Shown: positions 47,632 through 56,838 of the stretch, in pieces
How positions within the stretch are numbered: position 1 is the stretch's first letter
Layout of the letters: every line of letters starts with the position of its first letter
DNA from: an uncultured archaeon
Lineage (GTDB): Archaea; Aenigmatarchaeota; Aenigmatarchaeia; QMZP01; JACQNV01
Length of the DNA: 64,000 bases
Direction: 5' to 3'
Assembly (NCBI GenBank): GCA_964410585.1
Contig: CAYPFW010000001.1
Coordinates: forward strand, 192,001 to 256,000
Notes under the pieces: model-generated
What the model was told of the DNA's origin: nothing
What the model saw: only the letters and a program-made list of their open reading frames with translations
The model's database searches: none
Made by a program: the position numbers and the translations under genes

Positions 47632-50091
47632 ATGAAAGGTAGTGTGTTAGGACTTGAGACAATTGTAAGTATAGTAGGTGTTTTAGTAGCTGCTGTGCTT
47701 TTGTTCTTATTTGTCAGCCCTGTTGCGTTTGATCAATTAAAAGATAGCTTTTGTTTGTCTACTGGATTTTGTGGAGAAAGAGTTTCTATCTATACTTCTG
47801 TTGCCAAACAATCTGTAGATGCATTGGCATGCGCTGTAAGCTCAACAGCAGAAGGACAAAAACTTCCTTGTGTTGAAAAATTCGAGGAAAACCAACCAGA
47901 CGGGCCCTATGTTGCCTGCTCTACACAAGAACAGCTTGTTTGCTGCGATACAGGATGGTTTGGGGGAGAATATTGGATGACAAAAGACCTTTGTCAAGCA
48001 AGCAAATACTCTGTAGTTGGCGGCGACAAATGTGGGGATTTAGAGTGGTTTTCGGAAAAAAGAACAGAGGCGCCAAAGTTTTCTTGTGTTGTTAGGAATT
48101 TCAATTTGCCACAAACTTTGGGAGAAGCAACAATACCTTTGATTGGTGTGAAATTTACTCCAGAAAAATGGATTGAAGGATATGGTGATCCCCAATACTT
48201 GGTTTACTATCAGCGGTTTCCAGCAGAAGAAGACACATGGTCTTTCAAAGCAGATTGGAAGGTTTACACACTTATAGTTGTCACCACTTTGCCTCCTGGA
48301 AAAATAGCAAAGTTTTTAGGCAAGGCATGGCAAGGTATTAGGACATCTAAACTTTTTGGAACAGGCGCAGGAAAAGTTGGAGAACAACTTCTTCTTTTTG
48401 AATCCAAGCAAGGCGGAGTGCAAGCTATCAACAGAATAGCTGATCCTCGAAACGCAATTAATTTTATTAAAGGAACTCTACAAGCTTTGAAAAAAGCTAG
48501 AATTGCTACAGAAGGTGGAATTAAAAGAGTCAAAAGGCTTGCAGTTATTTCTGGTGCTGTTGTAGCTGCTGATTGGTTAGAGGGGGAAGAATATGAAACA
48601 GAGTATGTAGAATCTGTTTTAGCTAAACTAAACCCTGAGGCTGGAAAATTAGTTTTGAAAATGCCATTAGCAAAACCAATTCCATTTGAATTGAGCAAAG
48701 AGTTAGAAGGGAAGCCTGTTTTGATTCAGTTCAGGCCCAAGATTGCAAAAAGGGAAAAACAACTTCATCTTGTTTCGCCTTGCAAACTTGATGTTCTCCC
48801 AGTTTTCAAAGAGGCAACAGAATGTCCTTCATACTTGTTCAATGGTGTGACAGGATATACAGAATGTTCTTTAAACAGAGTGTCTGGAAGTACACCAACA
48901 TATCCAAATAGGTTATCAAAACTAAGCGACAGCGACCTTCCTCTATGTCAAGGAATAGTAGACGACTACAAGTTTACAGAAAACCCAGCCTCAAATACAT
49001 TTATTGATTTTTTTAGAAGCCTAAAAGGCTCTAGCAGACCGTCAATTCTTGAAAACTATTTCGAGGATGGAATTTTCAAAATACCGTTTTTTAAAGATGT
49101 TGTATATGAAGCTACAAGTGGAGTTAATTTCAGCTCAGATAAAATACTCATAAGCGTCCCGAACAAAGAAGAACAAATTTCAATATCAACAGAAACAAAC
49201 GGTTACTACCCGGATTCTTTCCCATTTTTGATGAGAGGAATAGCTGAAGGTAAAGTTAGCTATAAGGATAGTGACATCAAAGTTTACAAGTTTTGTTTTA
49301 GTTGGCTAAACAGAAAAGATACTGGAACAAGAGGAAAATATACAGATTTTGAAGCCACTCAAAAAGAAAATGAAGGAGAGCTTCCTAAATTTGATTGTCA
49401 AATTGGAATAAAGGTAGATAAGACATGTTCAGATACAAATGACCCAGTATGCCAGGTTTTTGACACAATAAAATCAGAACCAGAATACACAGAATATTTC
49501 AAGCCACCTGCACAAAGCAAGGGGATCGATGTAAATCATTTCACTAGATCGATTTATTATAATGAATTAAAAGAAGATGGTAAGGTCGAGGATTCAAAAA
49601 TAAATCAGAGAATAATGTTTATTAGCGGATCTGGATACTCAATTGGACTAATAGACTCTGATTATGGAAATAATATTAATCAAATTGATTTCTATTCGAA
49701 ATCCCTTTCCGAACCTGGAGAACTTGCTCCTACAAACCCAGCTACATTTATTGCAGATGTTGATTTTGATGGAACATTTGAAAGTTATGGCACAAGATTT
49801 GGATGCAAAAGTGAGGCTGTATTTGCTGATCTTGTAGATTCTGTAAAAGGTGGAGACACAAATTATTGTGTTTCAGAGAGTGGGTTAGGTTGGGGAATAG
49901 CTGAAGGTGTAGGGTATTATGGTGGTTGGACACTTGTTGCAGTGGGATCAACAGCAGCAATTGTTGGAACAGGTGGGCTTGCAACACCTTTGGTTGGTGG
50001 ACTGGCTGCTGGAACATTTATCACAGCAGGATTTACAGCAATTAGTTTGGAAGAAATTTCAGATCTTACTGGTGGATGGCCAGACAACTAG
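47632..50091 (+). CDS. Exported hypothetical protein with pilin-like N-terminus and C-terminal Gly-rich hydrophobic segment
   Basis: 'MKGSVLGLETIVSIVGVLVAAVLLFLF'; Cys-rich region; C-terminal GxxxG-rich helices. Confidence 0.65.
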   Translation: MKGSVLGLETIVSIVGVLVAAVLLFLFVSPVAFDQLKDSFCLSTGFCGERVSIYTSVAKQSVDALACAVSSTAEGQKLPCVEKFEENQPDGPYVACSTQEQLVCCDTGWFGGEYWMTKDLCQASKYSVVGGDKCGDLEWFSEKRTEAPKFSCVVRNFNLPQTLGEATIPLIGVKFTPEKWIEGYGDPQYLVYYQRFPAEEDTWSFKADWKVYTLIVVTTLPPGKIAKFLGKAWQGIRTSKLFGTGAGKVGEQLLLFESKQGGVQAINRIADPRNAINFIKGTLQALKKARIATEGGIKRVKRLAVISGAVVAADWLEGEEYETEYVESVLAKLNPEAGKLVLKMPLAKPIPFELSKELEGKPVLIQFRPKIAKREKQLHLVSPCKLDVLPVFKEATECPSYLFNGVTGYTECSLNRVSGSTPTYPNRLSKLSDSDLPLCQGIVDDYKFTENPASNTFIDFFRSLKGSSRPSILENYFEDGIFKIPFFKDVVYEATSGVNFSSDKILISVPNKEEQISISTETNGYYPDSFPFLMRGIAEGKVSYKDSDIKVYKFCFSWLNRKDTGTRGKYTDFEATQKENEGELPKFDCQIGIKVDKTCSDTNDPVCQVFDTIKSEPEYTEYFKPPAQSKGIDVNHFTRSIYYNELKEDGKVEDSKINQRIMFISGSGYSIGLIDSDYGNNINQIDFYSKSLSEPGELAPTNPATFIADVDFDGTFESYGTRFGCKSEAVFADLVDSVKGGDTNYCVSESGLGWGIAEGVGYYGGWTLVAVGSTAAIVGTGGLATPLVGGLAAGTFITAGFTAISLEEISDLTGGWPDN

Positions 50092-50130
50092 ATAGCCTTT
50101 TCCGGGAGTTAACAACTTCCAATAGATACC

Positions 50131-50154
50131 GAAACTGGTCTGCAGACCAGTTTC
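50131..50154. repeat. Perfect 24-bp palindrome between convergent genes
   Basis: GAAACTGGTCTGCAGACCAGTTTC. Confidence 0.8.
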
Positions 50155-50184
50155 CAGCCATTGACGGCTACCATACCCAAAAAT

Positions 50185-50221
50185 CAAAAATTTACAACTT
50201 CTAAAAATTTACGCCTTCCAC
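50185..50221 (-). repeat. Dispersed hairpin repeat, partial copy
   Basis: Minus strand GTGGAAGGCGTAAATTTTT head conserved; remainder decayed. Confidence 0.55.
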
Positions 50222-50311
50222 GGGTTTTAATTCTTCGTTTTTTAGAAATTATAACTTCATCTTCGGAAAATTTTACTCCTCCTCAAAATTAAAAAATCAA
50301 CACTACCAAAA

Positions 50312-51955
50312 CTATTCCTGGCGCCAAAGAGGGGAAGCCCGCTCGCCTGAAAAATATTCTGGACTTAGAGTATATCTCCAGCTTCTCTCATACTGGCCAC
50401 CAACAAGCAATCTTTCAACTGCGGGGTGAAGACCTTTGAGTGTATCAAAATTGAAAGGCGTTCTGTCAAAACCTCTTCTTCTGACACCATCACAGTGTGC
50501 AACAAAGGCTGCGAAATCTTCTAGAAACTCATTTGGTTTTTGATCCATTGTGAACTCTTCTGTTCCATTTCCCATTCTTCCACCACCAAAAATCATATAG
50601 AACGGCTCTTCTCCTGGTCTCCAACTTGGGCCAACTGCGAAAACGGTTCTCGATTCTCTTTCTGCTCCTTCTCTTCCACTGTATTTGGCTACTACAATAG
50701 GAATTTGGAAGCAATCGAAAACCTCCACGCCCGAAATAGTTCTCCTGTCTATCCTGTATCCTATATCCTCGTATACAACATCATTAAAACTCGGACTAAA
50801 ACGCAAGAAATAACCGCTGCCAAGATATCTCATGATGCTTCCTAAAAGCGCCTTTTCTCTTGTTGAATTGTCGAAAATAAGCTTTCTTTCTGATTTTAAG
50901 AAATCTTGTATACTAATTTCCCTTTTTGGACCGCTAACCACTCTAAGTCTGGAATGCACATACGCCTGTGGTTGCTGTTCAACATCAAAATCGCTTGTAT
51001 AATTTCCAATAGACACTCTAATGTATTCTGAGGTAACTGTTCTTATTATAACTTTCGGTAGTTCATTTTCTGGTATTGAATCTAGATTTTTTATATCTTT
51101 GGCAATTCTATTAAATTCTTCTTCTGTCATTTCAGGACTAAAACCCCACTTGTTCCTCTCACCTGTGTTTTTGACTACATTTTGTGGTGCAGAACTTTGG
51201 TTGAGATTATTCGTTGCCATAGTTTCTTGGGCTGTATCTGCTGGAGCACTTACCGTGAACTGTGCTTCTCTTAGTTTTCTTGTGCCATCTACAAGGGGCC
51301 GCGCATCAAATTCAAATGCTCGAAGTTCTGTGGAATTTTGAACTACCACAGGGATTTCATATCTAGCATGTCTTGAGAGTCTTACATTTCCACCTGTTTG
51401 TGGAGATGCCGAAGTAAATAGAATGACTTGTTCTGTATCTCTTGATTTTGTCCAAGAGGGTCCAATATCTTTTAGCACAAAACTAACATCTTGAGAAGTG
51501 AGAGATTCGAAAATTGGGCGCGCTTGTTTTTCTAACTCTCTTGCTCTTCCATCTATTTCTGGTAATAGGCTAAATCCGCTGATATATGAATCACTTGTGC
51601 TATCAGCTTGATATCCATACATCCTAAAACTTTTTATTCCTGCAGAATCGATATCTAAAGATTTATCTCTTCCACCAAAAACAAGTGTCCTGTTTGTTGA
51701 TCCATCTACAACAAATACGTATCTTCTTCCTCTTTCCACTTCAGCAGGTCCTGCAATTTTCAAAAGGTTGTCCATTGGCTCTGCATAAGAATTTTTTCTT
51801 TCTCCGTTGGCCGATAACAATTCCTCTGTTGGTCTAGAACTAGAAGAATATCCTGTCGTATCTATTGGTTTGGATTTTGGACACCCTGGAACAACAAACA
51901 AAGAAGCAACTAAAAGAGCTCTCAAAGTTCTATCAAGAAAATCATATAGCATCAT
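50312..51955 (-). CDS. Hypothetical exported protein / lipoprotein (547 aa)
   Basis: Hydrophobic N-terminus ending VPGC; no family recognised. Confidence 0.65.
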   Translation of the reverse strand: MMLYDFLDRTLRALLVASLFVVPGCPKSKPIDTTGYSSSSRPTEELLSANGERKNSYAEPMDNLLKIAGPAEVERGRRYVFVVDGSTNRTLVFGGRDKSLDIDSAGIKSFRMYGYQADSTSDSYISGFSLLPEIDGRARELEKQARPIFESLTSQDVSFVLKDIGPSWTKSRDTEQVILFTSASPQTGGNVRLSRHARYEIPVVVQNSTELRAFEFDARPLVDGTRKLREAQFTVSAPADTAQETMATNNLNQSSAPQNVVKNTGERNKWGFSPEMTEEEFNRIAKDIKNLDSIPENELPKVIIRTVTSEYIRVSIGNYTSDFDVEQQPQAYVHSRLRVVSGPKREISIQDFLKSERKLIFDNSTREKALLGSIMRYLGSGYFLRFSPSFNDVVYEDIGYRIDRRTISGVEVFDCFQIPIVVAKYSGREGAERESRTVFAVGPSWRPGEEPFYMIFGGGRMGNGTEEFTMDQKPNEFLEDFAAFVAHCDGVRRRGFDRTPFNFDTLKGLHPAVERLLVGGQYERSWRYTLSPEYFSGERASPLWRQE

Positions 51956-51991
51956 ACTAACAAATTAGAAGGAATTAATAATTAAAGATAA

Positions 51992-52189
51992 TTAAACGCT
52001 AGCTTCTTTTTTTGGCATGTGGCCTTTTTCAAATTTTAAAGTCCACTTCAATCCTTTGCCTTCTCTTCCCTTTTTCCAGTTTGTCTGACACTTGGAATTG
52101 CAAAAATTGTAGATATCTCCACTTTTTTTGACAAACATTTTTCCTCTTCCCAATTTCAATGTGTTTCCACACAAACTACACTTAGCCAT
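51992..52189 (-). CDS. rpl24e: 50S ribosomal protein L24e
   Basis: CSLCG...G.G.MFV...G....FC.SKC; start probably MAK at 52189. Confidence 0.93.
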   Translation of the reverse strand: MAKCSLCGNTLKLGRGKMFVKKSGDIYNFCNSKCQTNWKKGREGKGLKWTLKFEKGHMPKKEASV

Positions 52190-52266
52190 AACCTTTTGTC
52201 CCAAAATAGGGAACCTGTTAGACAATTGTTTCCGGTTCCTCTAACCCCCCACTTGTAAACTTTTGC

Positions 52267-52342
52267 TCAAGCTTTTTCTAAAAGCTTGACAGGAGCCTAA
52301 AAATTTCCTCACCGCGATTCGTAAATTTTTCACGGCTTCCAC
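52267..52342 (-). repeat. Dispersed hairpin repeat, full copy inside the r-protein cluster
   Basis: Minus strand GTGGAAGCCG-tg-AAAAATTT-loop-AAATTTTT-AGGCTCC-tg-TCAAGCTTTT-aga-AAAAGCTTGA. Confidence 0.8.
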
Positions 52343-52376
52343 GATTAACCTCTAATTGTTCCTAAAATTTAATCAA

Positions 52377-52568
52377 CTATCGTCCACCGACGTCCATTTC
52401 AATTTCTTTTAACATCAATATGTCGCCAAGCCTTACTGGACCAACAACATTTCTCATCAAAACTTTATCTCTTCCAGATTTTTCCTCTTTAATCCTACAC
52501 CTAACTCTGGAAACTCCTTTTACACCCATTCTTCCCAAAACAGTTATTACTTCAGCTGCCACTGCCAT
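52377..52568 (-). CDS. rps28e: 30S ribosomal protein S28e
   Basis: 'AEVI..LGR.G..G...VRC...RNV.GPVR.GDIL.L.E'. Confidence 0.93.
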   Translation of the reverse strand: MAVAAEVITVLGRMGVKGVSRVRCRIKEEKSGRDKVLMRNVVGPVRLGDILMLKEIEMDVGGR

Positions 52569-52576
52569 AAATTATC

Positions 52577-52942
52577 CTATTTAAGTAGTGCTCTTGTTTT
52601 TTCAGCCACTGTTGCTATTGCCCTTTTAGCGTCACCTTCTTCTGTTACTGCCAAAGAAGATGTTGGAACCTCGATTCCAGATGCTTTTCCTAGCTCTAGT
52701 TTAGATGGAACATAAGCAAAAGGGACTTTTTTCTCATTGCACAAAACAGGTAGATGCATCAAAATTTCTTCTGGTGTGACATCTTCAGCCATTACAACAA
52801 GTCTTGCGTGGCCTCTTTCTATTGCTTTTGTGGCCTCGTTCACGCCTCTTCTGATTTTTCCTGTTTTGCTAGCAACTTCTATAGCTTCGTATACCTTATC
52901 CAAAAGGTCTTTTGGTTGTTGAAATTTTACAAATGCTGGCAT
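52577..52942 (-). CDS. rpl7ae: 50S ribosomal protein L7Ae
   Basis: 'GKIRRGVNEATKAIERG...AEDVTPEEILMHLP.LC.EK'. Confidence 0.96.
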   Translation of the reverse strand: MPAFVKFQQPKDLLDKVYEAIEVASKTGKIRRGVNEATKAIERGHARLVVMAEDVTPEEILMHLPVLCNEKKVPFAYVPSKLELGKASGIEVPTSSLAVTEEGDAKRAIATVAEKTRALLK

Positions 52943-52948
52943 ATTTAT

Positions 52949-52985
52949 CCTCCAATCATCAGGGCATAAACCCCTTCTATCATAG
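52949..52985 (-). promoter_or_regulatory. Predicted K-turn in rpl7ae 5' UTR adjoining GGAGG SD
   Basis: Minus strand ata-GA-AGGG-gtttatg-CCCT-GAT-GA-ttGGAGG: C-stem, 3-nt bulge, tandem G.A. Confidence 0.65.
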
Positions 52986-53207
52986 ATTTATTGGTATATT
53001 ATAGACTCTATGCTTTTTAAGCATTATATATTCGCCCGGAAGGCTATGATAGGTATTTGCCCTTGTCAGGGACTTCTCCGCCTCTAGATAATCTATGTTG
53101 TTCGACTTTTTCTTCACAGAAAAAGGAAACTAAGATGCTTAATTGAAATTGTTCGGTGTCTTAAATTCACTTGAAGCTATAAAAGATTTATATAGAGTCA
53201 ATAATAA

Positions 53208-53492
53208 GTGATGATTATGGGAATACTAGAATTTAATGAAGGGTGTCATAACATTCCAGGATGTTGGGGTCCAAGAGAAGATTTTTACACATTATTTGGA
53301 ACTGAATTAAGATTTCTTGCAATCCCTATAATAATATCATTGATTCTCGGATTTATCACATTTGGCATTCTTTACTTTTTCAAGAAAAAAGGAAAAATCA
53401 ATCTCCCATTATATGTGATAATCATTATCTCTGTGATAGTTGCTATAATTTTTTTGATGTTATTAGCTCCATTTTTTCAAGTAGTTTATTGA
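53208..53492 (+). CDS. Small membrane protein
   Basis: Two hydrophobic helices separated by a Lys cluster. Confidence 0.6.
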   Translation: MMIMGILEFNEGCHNIPGCWGPREDFYTLFGTELRFLAIPIIISLILGFITFGILYFFKKKGKINLPLYVIIIISVIVAIIFLMLLAPFFQVVY

Positions 53493-54836
53493 TTATTGCA
53501 ATTTTTCCACAGAAAGCAGAAGCTCCCACGTTTTCCCTTTATCAATAGATTTCCATAAGCGAGCCATGTCAGAGTTGATGTATATTGTATCTTTTTCTAT
53601 AGGATCAAAAACTATGTTTGACACTCTGTGATCGTTTGTAATTTCTTCTGGCAATTTCCCAACTGAAATCCAAGTAGCTCCGCCGTCTATGCTTTCATAC
53701 AGGTCATTTGGTTGCGCATATAAGCTCGCGCCTATCAATCTCATTCCTGTTTTGTCTTTTGGATCATATCGCGCAAAATTGACAGGTGAATTTGGATTTT
53801 TCAATGTTTTGCCATCAGTTGAATAATACACAACGTCGATGTTGTCTTTGCTAGCCATTATAAAAAACTTGTTTAAATCTGAAGGCGAAACATCTACATA
53901 GCGGATTCCTATTCCTAGTGTAGAGTCAAGTTTTGTCCACGTCTTGCCGCCATCTTTTGTTTCTAAAAATCCCCACTGTTCATCTGTAGATTTTTTGTCT
54001 ATGTTTGTTCCTGGGGGCAATCCAAGTGTAGCTATACGTAGGTTATTTGGATTATTCTCATTCAAAAATAATCCAGTGACTCTAATGTGTTCATAGAAAC
54101 CAGTGGGAAGTTCTTCCCAAGTTTTCCCACCATCAACCGATTTGTAGGCAATACCTTTTGTTACAAAAATTTTGCCTTTATCTGGACCATCCATTCCTTG
54201 TGGCAAGGCAGCTGTTGTTACATAAATTGTTTCAGGATTTCGCGGATCTGTGACAACACCTTCTGTATAAGCACTCATTTCACTGCTAAACAATTGGTGC
54301 CATGTTTCACCGCCATCCAAACTTTCAGCGAGCCCACCCACACCTTTTCCTACCTTTGATGGTGCTGCACCGCCTGGCAAAAGAATTCTTTGCGGGTTCT
54401 GTGGATCAATATAGAGTGAGAAACTAAGCTGATAACATGGTTGAGTTGGATCATCTGATCTTGGCATGGCCTTTATTCCTTTTCCTGAAAAGGCCCACGT
54501 TTTTCCACCATCTATGGTTTTGTAAAATCCCTTGTATTCAACATTAATGTACATTTCCTTGTTGTTTTTTGGGTTTATTGCAAATGCTTGTTCTGTCCTA
54601 TAATTGTCAAAGCCTAACCGAGGTTGGCAATTTATTGGATACTCATCAACAGCGTCGCTATCTCTTTGAATTTCTTTTTGAGTAATTTGATTTTGTTCTT
54701 CTTTGTTTGAGTTTACATCCTGAATTTGAGTTAAATTTTGAATCTGTTCATCTTTATCAGGATTTTTGCTAGAATCATTTTGCGTGCATCCTGCTATAAA
54801 CACAATCAAAATAAGAGCGAAAATTAACTTTTTCAT
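53493..54836 (-). CDS. Lipoprotein with BNR/Asp-box repeats (beta-propeller)
   Basis: Lipobox IAGC; repeated 'S/T.DGG.TW' motifs. Confidence 0.85.
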   Translation of the reverse strand: MKKLIFALILIVFIAGCTQNDSSKNPDKDEQIQNLTQIQDVNSNKEEQNQITQKEIQRDSDAVDEYPINCQPRLGFDNYRTEQAFAINPKNNKEMYINVEYKGFYKTIDGGKTWAFSGKGIKAMPRSDDPTQPCYQLSFSLYIDPQNPQRILLPGGAAPSKVGKGVGGLAESLDGGETWHQLFSSEMSAYTEGVVTDPRNPETIYVTTAALPQGMDGPDKGKIFVTKGIAYKSVDGGKTWEELPTGFYEHIRVTGLFLNENNPNNLRIATLGLPPGTNIDKKSTDEQWGFLETKDGGKTWTKLDSTLGIGIRYVDVSPSDLNKFFIMASKDNIDVVYYSTDGKTLKNPNSPVNFARYDPKDKTGMRLIGASLYAQPNDLYESIDGGATWISVGKLPEEITNDHRVSNIVFDPIEKDTIYINSDMARLWKSIDKGKTWELLLSVEKLQ

Positions 54837-54907
54837 ACTATATTATCTTTTGTTATAGATAAATATAGAAAACAAAGAGTTTATACCAAGCCAACGAAAA
54901 TTAAATT

Positions 54908-55435
54908 TCACAACTCAGGCTGAACTTCTTTGACAGCTTGTACAATAATTGGCATATAGGTGCGTATTGGATCAAAGAAATTGGAAAGTCCACCCTGAAA
55001 ACCACCGTCGTGATCGCCATCAAATTCTGAAATTAGCCTAAAATTAAAGTCAAAGTGTTGTTCTCCAATTATATCGCCTATAGCCTTTCTTATCCTAGGA
55101 TCTGCTTCCTGATGTTTATTTGCTTTTCTTAAGGGAATTGTTGCTCCCTCTACAAGCTTTTGAAATGGTATCTCTTCTCCGCGAAAACCTATGTATCCAC
55201 TGTGCCTTACCCACTGCAGTCCATCTTTTGGTGTTTGAACCCACAACTCAAATCTATCTTTGGTCATTTCTGGATGATCTTTTGGTGCAATCTCCAATCT
55301 AACCAAATACAAGCATCTACCATTGTCCACAGGGGCTTCAACAATACTAGATCTTCCTTCTATCCCGTAGGCTGTTTCTATCCTTCCTTCGCCTCTTATA
55401 TAGAAAAGTCTAGATTTGATTTCTTGAACTGCCAT
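54908..55435 (-). CDS. Hypothetical protein (175 aa)
   Basis: ORF with TATA box 20 nt upstream of ATG. Confidence 0.6.
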   Translation of the reverse strand: MAVQEIKSRLFYIRGEGRIETAYGIEGRSSIVEAPVDNGRCLYLVRLEIAPKDHPEMTKDRFELWVQTPKDGLQWVRHSGYIGFRGEEIPFQKLVEGATIPLRKANKHQEADPRIRKAIGDIIGEQHFDFNFRLISEFDGDHDGGFQGGLSNFFDPIRTYMPIIVQAVKEVQPEL

Positions 55436-55455
55436 AACACTATAAAGAAGGATAG

Positions 55456-55470
55456 TTTATAAAGCTTTTT
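55456..55470 (-). promoter_or_regulatory. BRE/TATA promoter, probably leaderless
   Basis: AAAAAGCTTTATAAA 20 nt upstream of ATG 55435; same motif at 59886-59900. Confidence 0.6.
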
Positions 55471-55515
55471 ATTTTGTGACTAGTTAATAGTTAAATGAAA
55501 TTTATCAACAACAAA

Positions 55516-56712
55516 TTAGACAATATTTTTCAATTTCTCCAAAACCTCAAAACCAATTTCCTCTGATTTTTCAGGGGTTCTAGCTTGAACCAAAAACCAT
55601 CCAAGTGGTTTTGTCCCAATTGGCGATTTTTGGAAATTTTGTCCTGGTTTTCTGTTCAGGACAAATTTTTTGACTTCTTTTATTTGCTTTATCTCATCCA
55701 AATTTATCTTTTTTATTTTTCCGGATTTTTCTGGCCAGATTTCAACTGCTGTACAAGCTTTTTTGAATTTTCTTTCTGTGTTTGGTTTTTGACCCAAACA
55801 AATGTCAAGAGCAAGTTCATCCAAATCTATTCCAGAGGAATATTTCTCCATTTCAGATCTATATCCACCAATCCTTGCTGCCATTTCTAATATTTTAGGG
55901 CCTTCTTTTGTATAGATGAGCTCAGGATGAACAGGAATATTGTCTAAACCCAGAGCTTTGATTCCTTGTGCTGAAACAGAAAGAATTTTTTCCTGATATT
56001 CTTTTGGTAGCCTTGTGGGTGTTGTCCTAGAAATAAGATGAAAACCTTCTCCTCCTAAATCTTGTGTTGAAACAATATCAGCTATCCCTAAATGAACAAC
56101 CTTTCCATTAAAAACAAAAGAAGTTGTTGTGTACTGTTTTCCTTGCAAAAGCTCTTCTGCAAAAATTTCAGATTTTATCCCCAAAGCTTCTCTGAAAAGG
56201 TTTGTTTTCGAATTTTGTATTTTTCCCAAACAAAATTTGTATTTTTTTGAAAGATCTTTTTTGTTTTTTACCAACTGTATATATCTGCTTTTTGCACCTG
56301 TGTTTGGTTTTAACAAAAACGGGAAATCTAATTTTGTTCGGCTAGTTATTTTTTGGTATTTTGGGCAGGGAACAGATTTTTTTTGAAAACAGTTTCTCAT
56401 TCTAATTTTGTCCCTGGCATCTAGGCAAGCTTCCAAAGAGGGTCCCGGAAGGTTTAAACTATCACAAATTGCACCCAAAACAGGTATATAGGGTTCGAAT
56501 CTTGTTATTGCGCCGTCTATTCCAACTTTTTCCAAAAAAGAAAGAATTTTTGAAATTTCAAATGGATCGAAATCCAGGCATTTGTCAAAAATAAGTTTTT
56601 CTTTTTTGCTTGGATTTTTTTTCAGAAGAAAAATTTCATATCCTCTTTTCTTGGCTGGTTCAATGTGATTTATTTTGGACGAGTTATTTCCAATAAATAA
56701 AATTCTTTTCAT
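55516..56712 (-). CDS. ATP-grasp ligase (L-amino acid ligase-like)
   Basis: 'ARDKIRMR', 'FPFLLKP..GA.S', 'AEELLQG', 'HPEL.....GP.ILEMAARIGG'. Confidence 0.85.
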   Translation of the reverse strand: MKRILFIGNNSSKINHIEPAKKRGYEIFLLKKNPSKKEKLIFDKCLDFDPFEISKILSFLEKVGIDGAITRFEPYIPVLGAICDSLNLPGPSLEACLDARDKIRMRNCFQKKSVPCPKYQKITSRTKLDFPFLLKPNTGAKSRYIQLVKNKKDLSKKYKFCLGKIQNSKTNLFREALGIKSEIFAEELLQGKQYTTTSFVFNGKVVHLGIADIVSTQDLGGEGFHLISRTTPTRLPKEYQEKILSVSAQGIKALGLDNIPVHPELIYTKEGPKILEMAARIGGYRSEMEKYSSGIDLDELALDICLGQKPNTERKFKKACTAVEIWPEKSGKIKKINLDEIKQIKEVKKFVLNRKPGQNFQKSPIGTKPLGWFLVQARTPEKSEEIGFEVLEKLKNIV

Positions 56713-56838
56713 AATGTGGAAAAAATATTTTTGTAAATACTTAAATAACTTGAAGACAATATTATATTATCTTTTCATTTAAGAAAGCTTATACCGTTTT
56801 CTTTTGGGTACGGTATTTTTTTGAAAAGAAAGATATAT

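Noticed and set aside
53090-53130. GTTCGA suggesting a tRNA T-loop
   Set aside because: Flanks do not form a T stem and no cloverleaf can be built
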